This document shows, one piece after another, positions 47,098 to 62,215 of a stretch of DNA of 64,000 bases; position 1 is the first letter of the stretch; every line of letters starts with the position of its first letter. The DNA lies in NCBI RefSeq assembly GCF_009914755.1, contig NC_060929.1; one strand, written 5' to 3'. Under the pieces are notes generated by a model. That model saw only the letters and a list, made by a program, of their open reading frames with translations. It was not told where the DNA came from and did not search any database. This DNA comes from the human T2T-CHM13v2.0 reference genome, Homo sapiens. Made by a program: the position numbers and the translations under genes.

Positions 47098-47945
47098 AAA
47101 GGAGGAAGAAAAATAAAATTCTACTGGGTCCAAAAAATAAAAATTACTAATGAACATAGAAACAAATTTTTCCTTGATATATGAAAGAATATTCCAGAGA
47201 GTTTTTTTAAAAATGAAATGGCTTCCACAGGCCATAGAAGAATGACCTGATTCATTCTATACTAACTGCAGTAATCTTGTTTTCTCCCACTTAATAAAAA
47301 TACTTAACCATGAATACTTTTTCATTCGAAAAAATGAAATAGCTTACACATGTCATCAGACAGAGTTCAATAGGAGTGAAACAAATTTAAGCATCAAACA
47401 TTGGGTGAGACATTGGTGATCTTCCAAAATCTTTCATCTGTAGAAACTCCACCCCAATACATGGGGTTAAAGATGTTCTTGCTGGACCAACTTGGAGGGA
47501 AAGATGCCAACCCAATTTCCTGCCTACAATTTCTCCCCCAACACCTGTCATACTGGCTTCAACATGAAGGATGTCTTTATAACTTGATTGATAGATAACT
47601 CACAACATCTCTTATAACTTGGAGATGCTAAGTTATATGCTGTTTTGGTCTTTGGAAATTGATGTTTGCAACTTAATATGATACCTTATAACTCAATGCC
47701 TTTACCATAAAGAAAATTATTGGGTAAATGTGTGGGGCTATGGAATTAGGGATTCTTATTTAAAGGTAGAGTGCTCATTAGAGTTCATTGCTACACTATC
47801 ATGCCTGATATGTGGCTGATATTCAAGAGAGTTGACATATTTGAAGCATGTTCCAATTAGTTAGGAAAGCTGTGTACTACACTTAGATCTCTGCATGCTT
47901 TGGGCTCTCCATAGTGCCTGGCCTGCATCTGTTTTACGACACAAT

Positions 47946-47958
47946 GGTCAGTGTGACC
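47946..47958. promoter_or_regulatory. Perfect 13-bp palindromic estrogen response element
   Basis: GGTCAgtgTGACC = GGTCAnnnTGACC consensus; function untested. Confidence 0.5.
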
Positions 47959-48717
47959 TATTTAATGAAGCAGGAATACTATTATCAGGAGCTATTACAT
48001 AACCTATCAAAGTTATTGATCCCTTATATGTTAGAAGAGAGATGGAATCAGCCTCGTGTGGGTGCTATGAGGATATGATAAAGTAGTTCATGAAGCCCCT
48101 CCCCCAGAAAAGGTCTGATTTAAGTATTCTTGGTTTCTCCCATTTACTAAAAATACTTAACCATGAACACAAGCAACTCTTAACTATGCTTAAAAAGAAA
48201 GAAACTGGGTCATTGTGCTGACCGGGTCGCACGCTGGCTCCGGCTTCACCAACACCTTGCATGTTGTTTCTGTGCAGTGACGGACCCCAGAGTCTCTCCT
48301 CCAGCACCTGTTCCACCCCCTTCCCCCAACCCATCCATGAGGCCAGCAACGCTTGTAGAGATCACTCTGGGCTGTAATGTGGCACTGATGGGCTGGGACA
48401 TAAGGGAAGAAAAATGCCTCGCTGAAACATGGCTGTGTTTACTGCCTGCTCTGGTGGGACAGCCTACAGCCTGGCTGCCCATCATGTGGCTCCACCCAAG
48501 CAAGGGAAAAAGAAGGAATGCTGGACTGGAGGCCCCAGGAGCCAGATGGCAAGAGAGTGGCAGCTTCCTTTCCTGTGTGTACGCTTTAGAAAATGGATGC
48601 CTAGAGGACTCCCAACCCTGGCCTGGGTCAGGAAACAGCCAGCGAGGGTTAGGGGCCTTAGGGCACGGGGCAGTTGTTCCATTTAAGGTTTAAGCCGACT
48701 CTGGCCCTGGCCCTTAC

Positions 48718-48881
48718 TTGCTTCCCCAATCCCCTGGGCCTCCCTGATTCGCACTTGTCCCCGCCCTGCACTCAGCTGTCCTGCAGCAAACACTCCACCC
48801 TCCACCCTCCATTTTTCCCCACCACTGCAGCGCCTCCGGGCCTGTGGCTAGAGAGCCTACCGGTATGTCAATAAACAACAG
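48718..48881 (-). other. Candidate spliced exon (164 nt) of a minus-strand transcript
   Basis: Minus strand: ~180-nt polypyrimidine tract ending ctcttttcag|ctg, and donor caa|gtaagg. Confidence 0.35.
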
Positions 48882-48884
48882 CTG

Positions 48885-49067
48885 AAAAGAGAGAGAGAGA
48901 GAGAGAGTAAGAGAGAGAGTAAGAGAGAAAGGAGAGAGGGAGGGGAGGGAGGGAGGAAGGAAGGGGGAAGGGGAGGGAGGGAAGAAAGAGCGAGGAAGGG
49001 AAGGGAGGGAGGGAAGAAAGAGCAAGGGAAGGAAGGAAGGTAGGAAGGAAGGAAAGAAGGAAGGAAA
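48885..49067. repeat. Polypurine tract (GA)n/(GGGA)n/(GGAA)n
   Basis: Direct reading. Confidence 0.97.
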
Positions 49068-50216
49068 CCCCCAAACAATCTAGAAAACCTATTATAATTA
49101 TTGGATCTAATATACTCTCTTCCAAAATGATATCTAATGTAGACAATAAAATAATCGACTAATGCGTGTTCTCTCCTTATCTTTTTTCTCTTTCTCTCTC
49201 TCTCTTTATTGTCTATATAATACACAGAAATATTTAGTAAGAGGCATGAGGCAGGAAAAAATAGTAGCTAACCCTAGATAATTCTCAGTCCGAATAATAA
49301 TACTAGAATGATCTTATTGTGGTTTAATATTTTCTCTCTACGCTTACAGAGGTGAGGGTTAGTGTTTTTAATCAAATGATGCAGCTCCATATGAAGCCCC
49401 TGTGTGGTTTTAATACTGAAAGGACACACGCTATTACAAGTGGGAAAAATGTTGTTTGCAGCAGTTGAATTCAACTCTATTCCTACCACTGGAAGTAAAG
49501 TACGTTGTTATATTTACAGTGGAAAATTTGAGCTGACTTTCAGCAAAGCCTGAATAATTATGATCTTGGCTTACATCAGACTACATTGTCAAAAGCTTGT
49601 CAAGTTTTGTTTCATAACTGCTATTATCATCTTAAAATGAAACTGCATATATTCATAATAAAGAAATGTCATGTATTTGTAAAAAACATAAAGAGGATGT
49701 GGTCTAGCAACGAACTAACAAACATCTACAGCTCATATGCAACTACAGTCACAATGTAATGTGGCAGCAGTTGCCTGTCACCTAGATGTTTACCTCTGAG
49801 AGTCTCCTCGGTCAGAAAAAGAGAAAATCCAGCTCCTGGTCACTCTCTGCATCATCCTCAGATGCAGAGGAGTGCTGCCTGGTGTTTGTCCTGTTGATAC
49901 TCCTGAGAAAGACCATTTGTTTTCAAGCAATAACAGATGGATGTGTGAGTCCACAGGGCATAGGAAAAAGTCTCATTCAACCAACTAGTATTCACATACG
50001 ACTGTATTAATCCACTTATTAATATTTGCCTAACACTGTCCTAGACAGGATGAAATGTATCACTTCTGACAAACTACCTGGGTTATATACATAAAATTCC
50101 ATGCACCAAAACATAAACACATACTTTGCGGATTAAACATAGCTTCTTGCCTTAAAATATAATCATTAAGAATCTCTGGGTAATTCTTCATGCAATGGAA
50201 TGTGTAGATGAAAATG

Positions 50217-50230
50217 GCTATACAAATGTT

Positions 50231-50270
<40 letters not shown>

Positions 50271-50378
50271 ACTAAACAGCTATACAAATGTTTATACACA
50301 CAAAAAAAATACTAAACAGCTATACAAATGTTTATATACATACACACACACACGCACACACAAACGCACATACATACA
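50217..50378. repeat. Compound repeat: ~2.5 copies of aaaatactaaacagctatacaaatgtttata, each followed by a (CA)n tract
   Basis: gctatacaaatgtttata at 50217, 50279 and 50319. Confidence 0.93.
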
Positions 50379-52754
50379 ATGCTCCAAAGAGTAAAAGGTG
50401 AATTCTAAACCAATGTTATCTTTAGTGTCCTGTAAAGTTCCTGTGGAAATCAAGCAAGAAAAGAGAACCTTAGGAAGGAGGCTGAAGATGGCAGGCTGTG
50501 GGTCTACAGAGGTGGTGAGCAAGGCTTACACAGAATTTGCCCTGACAAAATTTTTACAATGCAATCCAATGAAATAATCATTCTTCAAGGATAATTACAA
50601 AAATGAATATATGGCTGCTATATTTTCCAAGTTCCACTTTATATCTTTTCATTATTTTCCACTCAAGTTTTTCTCTATTTTGTTCCTCTGTGATATCCTT
50701 TCACATTTTGTTGAATTTCTCTTTTTTAGAGCATATAACAGGCAGGATAAACAATTCCAAACAATGAGTAGAGGCAAAATTTTTCAAGTGCAATTTCAGA
50801 TATTTGACTCAGTACCTGGGAAACTGTGGGGTACTCTTGAAGCCTGAAAAGTTGTCTCTTGCAAAAACATTACATTTTTACATGGTTTCTAGTATTATTT
50901 CCTATTTTTCTCCACAGATATGTGAGACATTCTTAAATGCTTTCTAAATAGAAAATATTTTCTTTAATTAAATTGGCAAATAATCACAGAACCCTTAGAA
51001 ATAAAAACATATTAAGCACAGTAAAAAAAAATGGCAAGTTAACCATGTGTAGGACATTGTCAGTGAGTCTATAAGGTCTATGCCAGTTTTTAAAAATCCA
51101 GACATGTCTTAACCTTTCCTCTAACTTCTATAGATGAGTATTCATAAGTCGTCAACTAAACAGTATATATAAAAATATTTGTTTGTTTAATATATTAGGT
51201 GTAGTCTCATTCCCTATTAGTAATTTTTTTTTAGAAAATGAATGGGACAAAGTATTTTTAAAAGCATATTTTCTTGGAAAATCTGCATATTTTAAGGTAA
51301 TAGTATTCAGAGCAAACAGACAAACAAGAGTTAGGATTCAGGGGTTTCTGAATTTTTCCTTAGATTTTTAGTGTAACATTTAACTAAGTCACTTATGATG
51401 GTAAAACCAATTATGGTAACAAGATACATTTTAAAGACAGATACTTTCTGTTCAAGTAAGAGTTAAAAGGATTGCTTTTCTATTATTAAAGAATGTAGAA
51501 CTTCTATTTTAAAAATACTCTGTTTAGTAATACACATATTTTCAGACATCCCTATTGAAACGAACTTAACTTTGGCCCAGTGGTGATTCATTGAATTCAG
51601 ACAGAAATTGTTCCTGAGGAATGCAGTTTCTTTATATTGTTTACATTATCCAGCTTATTTGAGATTCTAAGACAATGCTTATTGTTTTTTAAAATAAAAT
51701 ACTAATAATATGTTTTATGTCTCTATTTGAGGCCCTGCTTCATAAGAAGCATTGCTATATATGTTTTTTCTCAGTAGCATAAAAATACTAATCATAGAGA
51801 CTAAAATATTAATGCATTCATCAGTCCTATTCTACTGCATTTATATTTCCAATAAAAATTTTATTTTTTTTACTCAAAGAGTAAATGAATGTCTAACATG
51901 TAATCCTCACTTCACGACCTGATTAATAAAATTATATTATTGTCTGAAATTCCAAGTTTAGCTACAACCCTCATTCACACCCAGTGTAAAATGTCTTAGG
52001 TCCTCTAATACAAGAAATTACCTGCTCTGCTAATACACTCTACATTGAAGGACAGGAGAAGTGTGTGGACATTCTAAGGGGCAAATGGGAACAGCAGATA
52101 TGTCTTTCGTTGACAGTAATAGGCAATAATGTCAGATTTGTATTTTTTATTTTTTTACATTAGAGTCACCAACCCTGGGACATCCAAGATGTCCAATTCA
52201 CTGGGCTCTTCCCAGCAGTTTATCAACCAGACTGCAGGGACATCTAATCAGGCGGTCATTGCCCAGAATTTTCCTGTGTGTCTGTGTGTAATGTCATTGA
52301 CTTGAATTCTTGTGGGTCAGCATCCCACAAACCAAGTGTAAATTCCTCTTCTCTGACACAGCTGGAGCCTGGTGTTCTGAGTCTTGCAGCCCTCGGGTCA
52401 CCTATGGTGTTTCTGAGTAGTGTGCAATGGACAGTAGGTGTTTATGCACATATATTATGTGACTGTTTTATAAATTTCATGGTGGCTAAAGTATGTATTC
52501 AAGAGTGGAGTGTTATGGTTTATGTTTTTTCCAGGCCACTCTTCCATTAAAGTGGTTGGAAGAAAAATTTTGAGGCTTAAGTTGAAATGTTTTTGCCTCG
52601 TGTGCACAGAGTAATTCCCAAACAAATATGAAACAATGAATCATAGCAAAACTCAAATATTTTACTATAAAATTTTCTGCCCTTGTTACCTAAACACTTA
52701 CTTGGGTTTGGTTTACTTGTAAAGATAAAAAATCACATTAATTTGTCACTAATT

Positions 52755-53252
52755 TTATATCACCATATACAACACAGAAACAAAAGGGGGAAATGGCTCG
52801 GGGGTGGAGCCAAGATGGCCGAACAGGAACAGCTCCAGTCTAGAGCTCCCAGCGTGAGTGACACAGAAGACGGGTGATTTCTGCATTTCCAACTGAGGTA
52901 CTGGGCTCATCTCACTAGGGAGCATCAGAAAGTGGGTGCAGGACAGTGGGTGCAGTGCACCCAGCATAAGCCGAAGCAGGGTGAGGCATCGCCTCACCTG
53001 GGAAGCGCAAGGGGTCAGGGAATTCCCTTTCCTAGTCAAAGAAAGGGGTGACAGATGGCACCTGGAAAATCGGGTCGCTCCCACCCTAATACTGCGCTTT
53101 TCCAATGGGCTTAACAAAAGGCACACCAGGAGATTATATCCTGCACCTGGCTCGGAGGGTCCTACGCCCATGGAGCCTTACTCATTGCTAGCACAGCAGT
53201 CTGAGATCAAACTGCAAGGCACCAGTGAGGCTGGGGGAGGGGTGCCTGCCAT
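52755..53252 (-). pseudogene. ORF0: L1 ORF0 variant: canonical start gives 24 aa then TAA; second ATG gives a 138-aa ORF (53171-52755)
   Basis: MAGTPPPASLVPCSLISDCCASNE* followed in frame by MGVGPSEPGAGYNL...IRVGATRFSRC, matching primate L1 ORF0. Confidence 0.8.
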
Positions 53253-53574
53253 TGCCAAGGCTTGAGTAGGTAAACAAAGCGGACAGGAAGCTCGAACTGG
53301 GTGGAGCCCACCACAGCTCAAGGAGGCCTGCCTGCCTCTGTAGGCTCCACCTCTAGGGGCAGGGCATAGCCAAACAAAAGGCAGCAGAATCCTCTGCAGA
53401 CTTAAATGTCCCTCTCTGACAGCTTTGAAGAGAGTAGTGATTCTCCCAGCACGCAGCTTGAGATCTGAGAACAGGCAGACTGCCTCCTCAAGTGGGTCCC
53501 TGACCCCTGAGTAGCCTAACTGGGAGGCAACCCCCAGTAGGGGCAGACTGACACCTCACACGGCCAGGTGCTCC

Positions 53575-53700
53575 TCTGAGAGAAAACTTTCAGAGGAACG
53601 ACCAGACAGCGATATTTACTGCTTACCAATATTCGCTGTTCTGCAGCCTCCGCTGCTGATACCCAGGCAAACGGACTGGAGTGGACCTCCAGCAAACTCC
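53575..53700. promoter_or_regulatory. L1 5'UTR segment carrying the ZNF93 binding site (deleted in younger L1PA3/PA2/HS)
   Basis: 126 bp between ctcc repeats that is absent from L1HS; contains ctgcagcctccgctgctgat. Confidence 0.75.
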
Positions 53701-53826
53701 AACAGACCTGCAGCTGAGGGTCCTGACTGTTAGAAGGAAAACTAACAAACAGAAAGGACATCCACACCAAAAACCCCATCTGTACGTCACCATCATCAAA
53801 GACCAAAGGTAGATAAAACCACAAAG

Positions 53827-54843
53827 ATGGGGAAAAAACAGAGCAGAAAAACTGGAAACTCTAAAAATCAGAGTGCCTCTCCTCCTCCAAAGGAATGCAG
53901 CTCCTCACCAGCAACAGAACAAAGCTGGATGGAGAATGACTTTGACGAGCTGAGAGAAGAAGTCTTCAGACGATCAAACTACTCTGAGCTAAAGGAGGAA
54001 GTTCGAACCCAGGGCAAAGAAGTTAAAAACCTTGAAAAAAATTTAGACAAATGGCTAACTAGAATAACCAACGCAGAGAAGTCCTTAAAGGACCTGATGG
54101 AGCTGAAAACCAAGGCACGAGAACTACGTGACGAATGCATAAGCCTCAGTAGCCGATTCAATCAGCTGGAAGAAAGGGTATCACTGATGGAAGATCAAAT
54201 GAATGAAATGAAGCGAGAAGACAAGTTTAGAGAAAAAAGAATAAAAAGAAACGAACAAAGCCTCCAAGAAATATGGGACTATGTGAAAAGACCAAATCTA
54301 CGTCTGATTGGTGTACCTGAAAGTGACGGGGAGAATGGATCTAAGTTGGAAAACACTCTGCAGGATATTATCCAGGAGAACTTCCCCAGTCTAGCAAGGC
54401 AGGCCAACATTCAAATTCAGGAAATAAAGAGAATGCCACAAAGATACTCCTCGAGAAGAGCAACTCCAAGACACATAACTGTCAGATTCACCAAAGTTGA
54501 AATGAAGGAAAAAATGTTAAGGGCAGCCAGAGAGAAAGGTAGGGTTACCCACAAAGGGAAGCCCATCAGACTAACAGCTGATATCTTGGCAGAAACTCTA
54601 CAAGCCAGAAGACAGTGGGGGCCAATATTCACCATTCTTAAAGAAAAGAATTTTCAACCCAGAATTTCATATCCAGCCAAACTAAGCTTCATAAGTGAAG
54701 GAGAAATAAAATACTTTACAAACAAGCAAATGCTGAGAGATTTTGTCACCACCAGGACTGCACTAAAAGAGCTCCTGAAGGAAGCACTAAACAAGGAAAG
54801 GAACAACCAGTACGAGCCACTGCAAAAACATGCCAAATTGTAA
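53827..54843 (+). CDS. ORF1: LINE-1 ORF1p RNA-binding protein, intact 338 aa
   Basis: MGKKQSRK..., coiled coil, RPNLRLIGVPE, REKG and YPAKLS motifs; full length. Confidence 0.95.
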   Translation: MGKKQSRKTGNSKNQSASPPPKECSSSPATEQSWMENDFDELREEVFRRSNYSELKEEVRTQGKEVKNLEKNLDKWLTRITNAEKSLKDLMELKTKARELRDECISLSSRFNQLEERVSLMEDQMNEMKREDKFREKRIKRNEQSLQEIWDYVKRPNLRLIGVPESDGENGSKLENTLQDIIQENFPSLARQANIQIQEIKRMPQRYSSRRATPRHITVRFTKVEMKEKMLRAAREKGRVTHKGKPIRLTADILAETLQARRQWGPIFTILKEKNFQPRISYPAKLSFISEGEIKYFTNKQMLRDFVTTRTALKELLKEALNKERNNQYEPLQKHAKL

Positions 54844-54906
54844 AGAACATTGAGGCTAGGAAGAAACTGCATCAACTAATGAGCAAAACAACCAGCTAAC
54901 ATCATA

Positions 54907-58718
<3,812 letters not shown>

Positions 58719-59649
58719 ACAATGAGAACACATGGACACAGGAAGGGGAGCATCACACACCGGGGCCTGTTGTGGGGTGGGGGGAGGGGGGAGGGATAGC
58801 ATTAGGAGATATAACTAACGTTAAATGACGAGTTAATGGGTGCAGCATACCAACATGGCACATGTATACATATGTAACTAACCTGCACGTTGTGCACATG
58901 TACCCTAAAACTTAAAGTATAATAATAAAAATAATAATAATAATAAATGGCTCAACACACAAAAAAGAAACAAAAGAGGGAGGAGACTAGGAGAGGTGGA
59001 AAGACCCATGCATAACCCCCTTAAAGGGGATCCAGTAAGCAACACCTGTGAGAAACTACCTGCGTTTGTTCAACTGATGAAGAAGATGTTATAGTGAATT
59101 TTAATTGCCAAAAAAGTTCAGATGATTAATCTGATGCTAAATAAAAGTTGGTAAAACATAGAAATGCTTCTTTTGTCCTGACTTTTGCATACTAAAGTGT
59201 TCTAAATAATTCTAAATATATTGAAAACTTTGCACACTTTCACTATTGAAACTAAAGTGTTAATAGTATTACCAGGTGAATACCTTAGATTAAATAAAGC
59301 GAACATAATTTAACCTTTTCTTAATGACTGGAGGTTGTTACTGTGATTTAATTGTGTAATGTCCTGAGGGCCATTAAGCCTTTAAAATGTGGCACAGCTC
59401 TCACCAGCCTTGTGTTTATCTCTGCTCTTGCAGGACTGTCATAGCCCAGATTCTCAACCATCCCTGATCCCCTACAATGAGTTCTCTAGTTGTGTTTTGC
59501 TTCCAAAATTATTCTACTGGACATGCCTGCATCCAATGCCAATTGACTTAATCAACATTGTCCATTTGTGTGTTGCATTCTGATCTCACAATTACTCTCC
59601 ATCCTCCAATCTAGTTGTCTACAAGGAAGTGCAATGGAGACATAAAAGT

Positions 59650-60170
59650 AGCTTCATGTTTTAGCCTGGGGTTCATATGAGAAATCAACGCTGAAGATTT
59701 ACATTTAGGAGCCACTAATATGGAGATAGTATTTGACGTTCATACAGATTTAATGCCACTGGATAGCATATGATCTCCTGGAAGGGACGAACACCTGAGT
59801 GTGAACCCTGGGTCACTCAACTATGTAGAGGTTTTACTGAGAGGTTGGCACCAGCAGAGGAACCCATCAATAACTGGTCAGTGAGATCTAAGGAAAACCA
59901 GGAGAATGGGTCTCCGGGAAGCCTAAAAAAGAAGAATTTCAGGAAGGAAGGTGATGCCAAATTAGTCTGTTGAAAAGTCAATGAAATGGGAAAGAAAACA
60001 GCCTGCTGGGTTTGATAAGATGATGATTCAATGGAGATGCTGAAAGAGGAGAATGAAAAGTAAGAATGAGGAGAGGATGAGAAGTGGAGATTTACGGACA
60101 GAAAGTATAGACAAGCATGCTTCATGGAATTTGGTTGTGAATGGCAGCTGCAAGAGGTTAATATGGCAAA
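59650..60170 (-). mobile_element. L2 fragment
   Basis: ggtcagtgagatctaaggaaaaccaggagaatggg...gaagcctaaaaaagaagaatttcaggaagga. Confidence 0.65.
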
Positions 60171-60205
60171 GAATGCTTGTTTGTTTATTTTTAAGGTCAG
60201 ATTTC

Positions 60206-60281
60206 TATAGATAGACACAGACATAGATATACATAGATAGTTACAGATATACATATAGATACAGATACAGATAAGATATAC
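60206..60281. repeat. Degenerate (ATAGAT/ACAGAT)n repeat
   Basis: Direct reading. Confidence 0.85.
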
Positions 60282-62215
60282 AGCAGTTGTAGCTGGTATT
60301 GTTGACTACCTTTTTCCACTACCCATTCTGCATTCCCTTTGCCTTCAGCAAGCACTTCAGCAGGTCGTGGTGTTTTTCCTGGTGGAGTGACCCAGGCTTT
60401 CATTCCTGAAGGGTCTGGGCCATTTGTAGCCCTGCCTGGATTGGGCTGTTGTAGTTTCTCATTGACCTTAATCACAGGGCATGGTAAGACTAAGAGATGC
60501 CCTAATGGATCTCGTGTATTCCATGCATACTCTTCTTACCTCCACTGTGGAGTAGTAGACTGATTTCATCTTGATAGTCCAGGTCAATTACCCCAGCCAA
60601 CACTGTCACTCCCTTCTTAGCCTGTTGGATTAAAGGTAGGAGAAGCCCAAAGTGTCCAGGTAGCAATTTTAATTTCCAGTTTAATGGAAACCTTGTTGTT
60701 TCTCTTGGTGGTAGCATTTCTCCCTCTGGAACTAAAACCTCTAGGTCAGCCGAATGTTATATCAAGGGAACAGGAAGCAAAAATTTTGCTAGTGGATCAC
60801 TAGGTGTGATGGTGCACCCCTTGATTTTTGGACGTGTGAATCCTGGCTATGGGAGAAACAGTACCATATATTGGACGCTGATTCAGAGCATATACAGCCT
60901 CTGGAGAACTTTGCCCCAGCCCTGCAATGTGTTGTCACCTAGTTAGCATTGTAATTGTCACTTCAAAAGGCCATTCCATCGTTCTATCAATCCAGCTGCT
61001 TCTGGGTGATGGAGAACACGATAAGACCGGTGAATTCCATGAGAATGAGCCCACTGCTGCACTTCTTTAGCCATGAAGTGAGTGCCTTGGTCAGAGGCAA
61101 TGCTGTGTGGAATACCATGATGGTGGATAAGGCATTCCATGAATCCACGGATGGTAGTCTTGGCAGAAGCATTGCATGCAGGATAGGCAAACCCATATCC
61201 AGAGTAAGTGTCTATTCCAGTGAGGACAAATCTCTGCCCTTTCCATGATGGAAGAGGTCCAATATAATCTGCCACCAGGTAGCTGGCTGATCACCCCGAG
61301 GAATGGTGTCATATCGAGGGCTCAGTGTTGGTCTCTGCTGCTGGCAAATTGGGCACTCAGCAGTGGCCGTAGCCAGGTCAGCCTTGATGATGGCTAAGTT
61401 GCTAAGTCCAAGTTGCTAAGCCCATGCATAACCTCCATCCCTGCCACCATGGCCACTTTGTTCATGGGTGATGGACATTGGGTGATGACAGGGGTGGCTG
61501 GGGAAAGAGGCTCAGTGGTGTCCACAGAACGAGTTATCCTATACACTTGATATTAAAATCCTCCTCTGCTGAGGTCACCCGTTGGTGAGCACTCACTTGG
61601 GATAAAAAATATCTTCAGTTTTTGACTAATCAGAGAGGTCCATTCACATACCTCTTCTCCAAATTTCTTTGTCACCAATTTTCCAATCATGCTTCTTCCA
61701 AGTTCCTGACCATCCAGCCGAACCACTGGATACAGCCCATGAATCAGTATATAACCACACATGTGGCCATTTCTCCTTCCATGCAAAGTGAACCAACAGG
61801 TACACTGCTTGAAGTTCTGCCCACTGGGAAGATTCCCCTTCTCCGGTGTCTTTCAGGGATGTCCTGGAAAGGGGCTGTAGTGCTGCACCTGTCCACTTTT
61901 GGGTGGTGCCTGCATATCGTGCAGAACCATCTGTGAACCAAGCCCTAGTCTTGTCTTCCTCTGTCAACTGATCATAGGGAACTCCCCATGAGGCCATCGG
62001 TGCAGGCTGGGGAAGAGAAGGCAGCGTGGCAGGAGTGGAGACCATGGGCATTTGAGCCACTTCCTCACGTAACTTACTTGCGCCTTCAGGACCTGCTCAA
62101 GCCCGATCACCTATATATCAGTTCCATTTGATGACAGAATGCTACTGTGCATGACCCACTTTATGGCTAGATGGGTCAGAAAGCACCCAGTTCATGATAG
62201 GCAGTTCAGGTCACC
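60282..62215 (-). mobile_element. HERV-L (ERVL) internal fragment: RNase H, integrase and dUTPase pseudogene segments, no LTRs
   Basis: WFTDGSA...SSQWAELQAV...LYTDSWAV (RNase H); TGIDTYSG...ASDQGTHF...GLIERWNGLLK (integrase DDE); LPGHFGLLLP...AGVIDLDY (dUTPase downstream of IN, typical of ERV-L). Confidence 0.93.

Noticed and set aside
48277-48693. 138-aa ORF and overlapping ORFs in the GC-rich patch
   Set aside because: No recognisable domain, non-ATG start, and several overlapping frames are open, as expected from higher GC content.
50217-50378. Repeat-spacer pattern reminiscent of a CRISPR array
   Set aside because: Eukaryotic DNA, only ~2.5 units, spacers are (CA)n microsatellite, and there are no cas genes.
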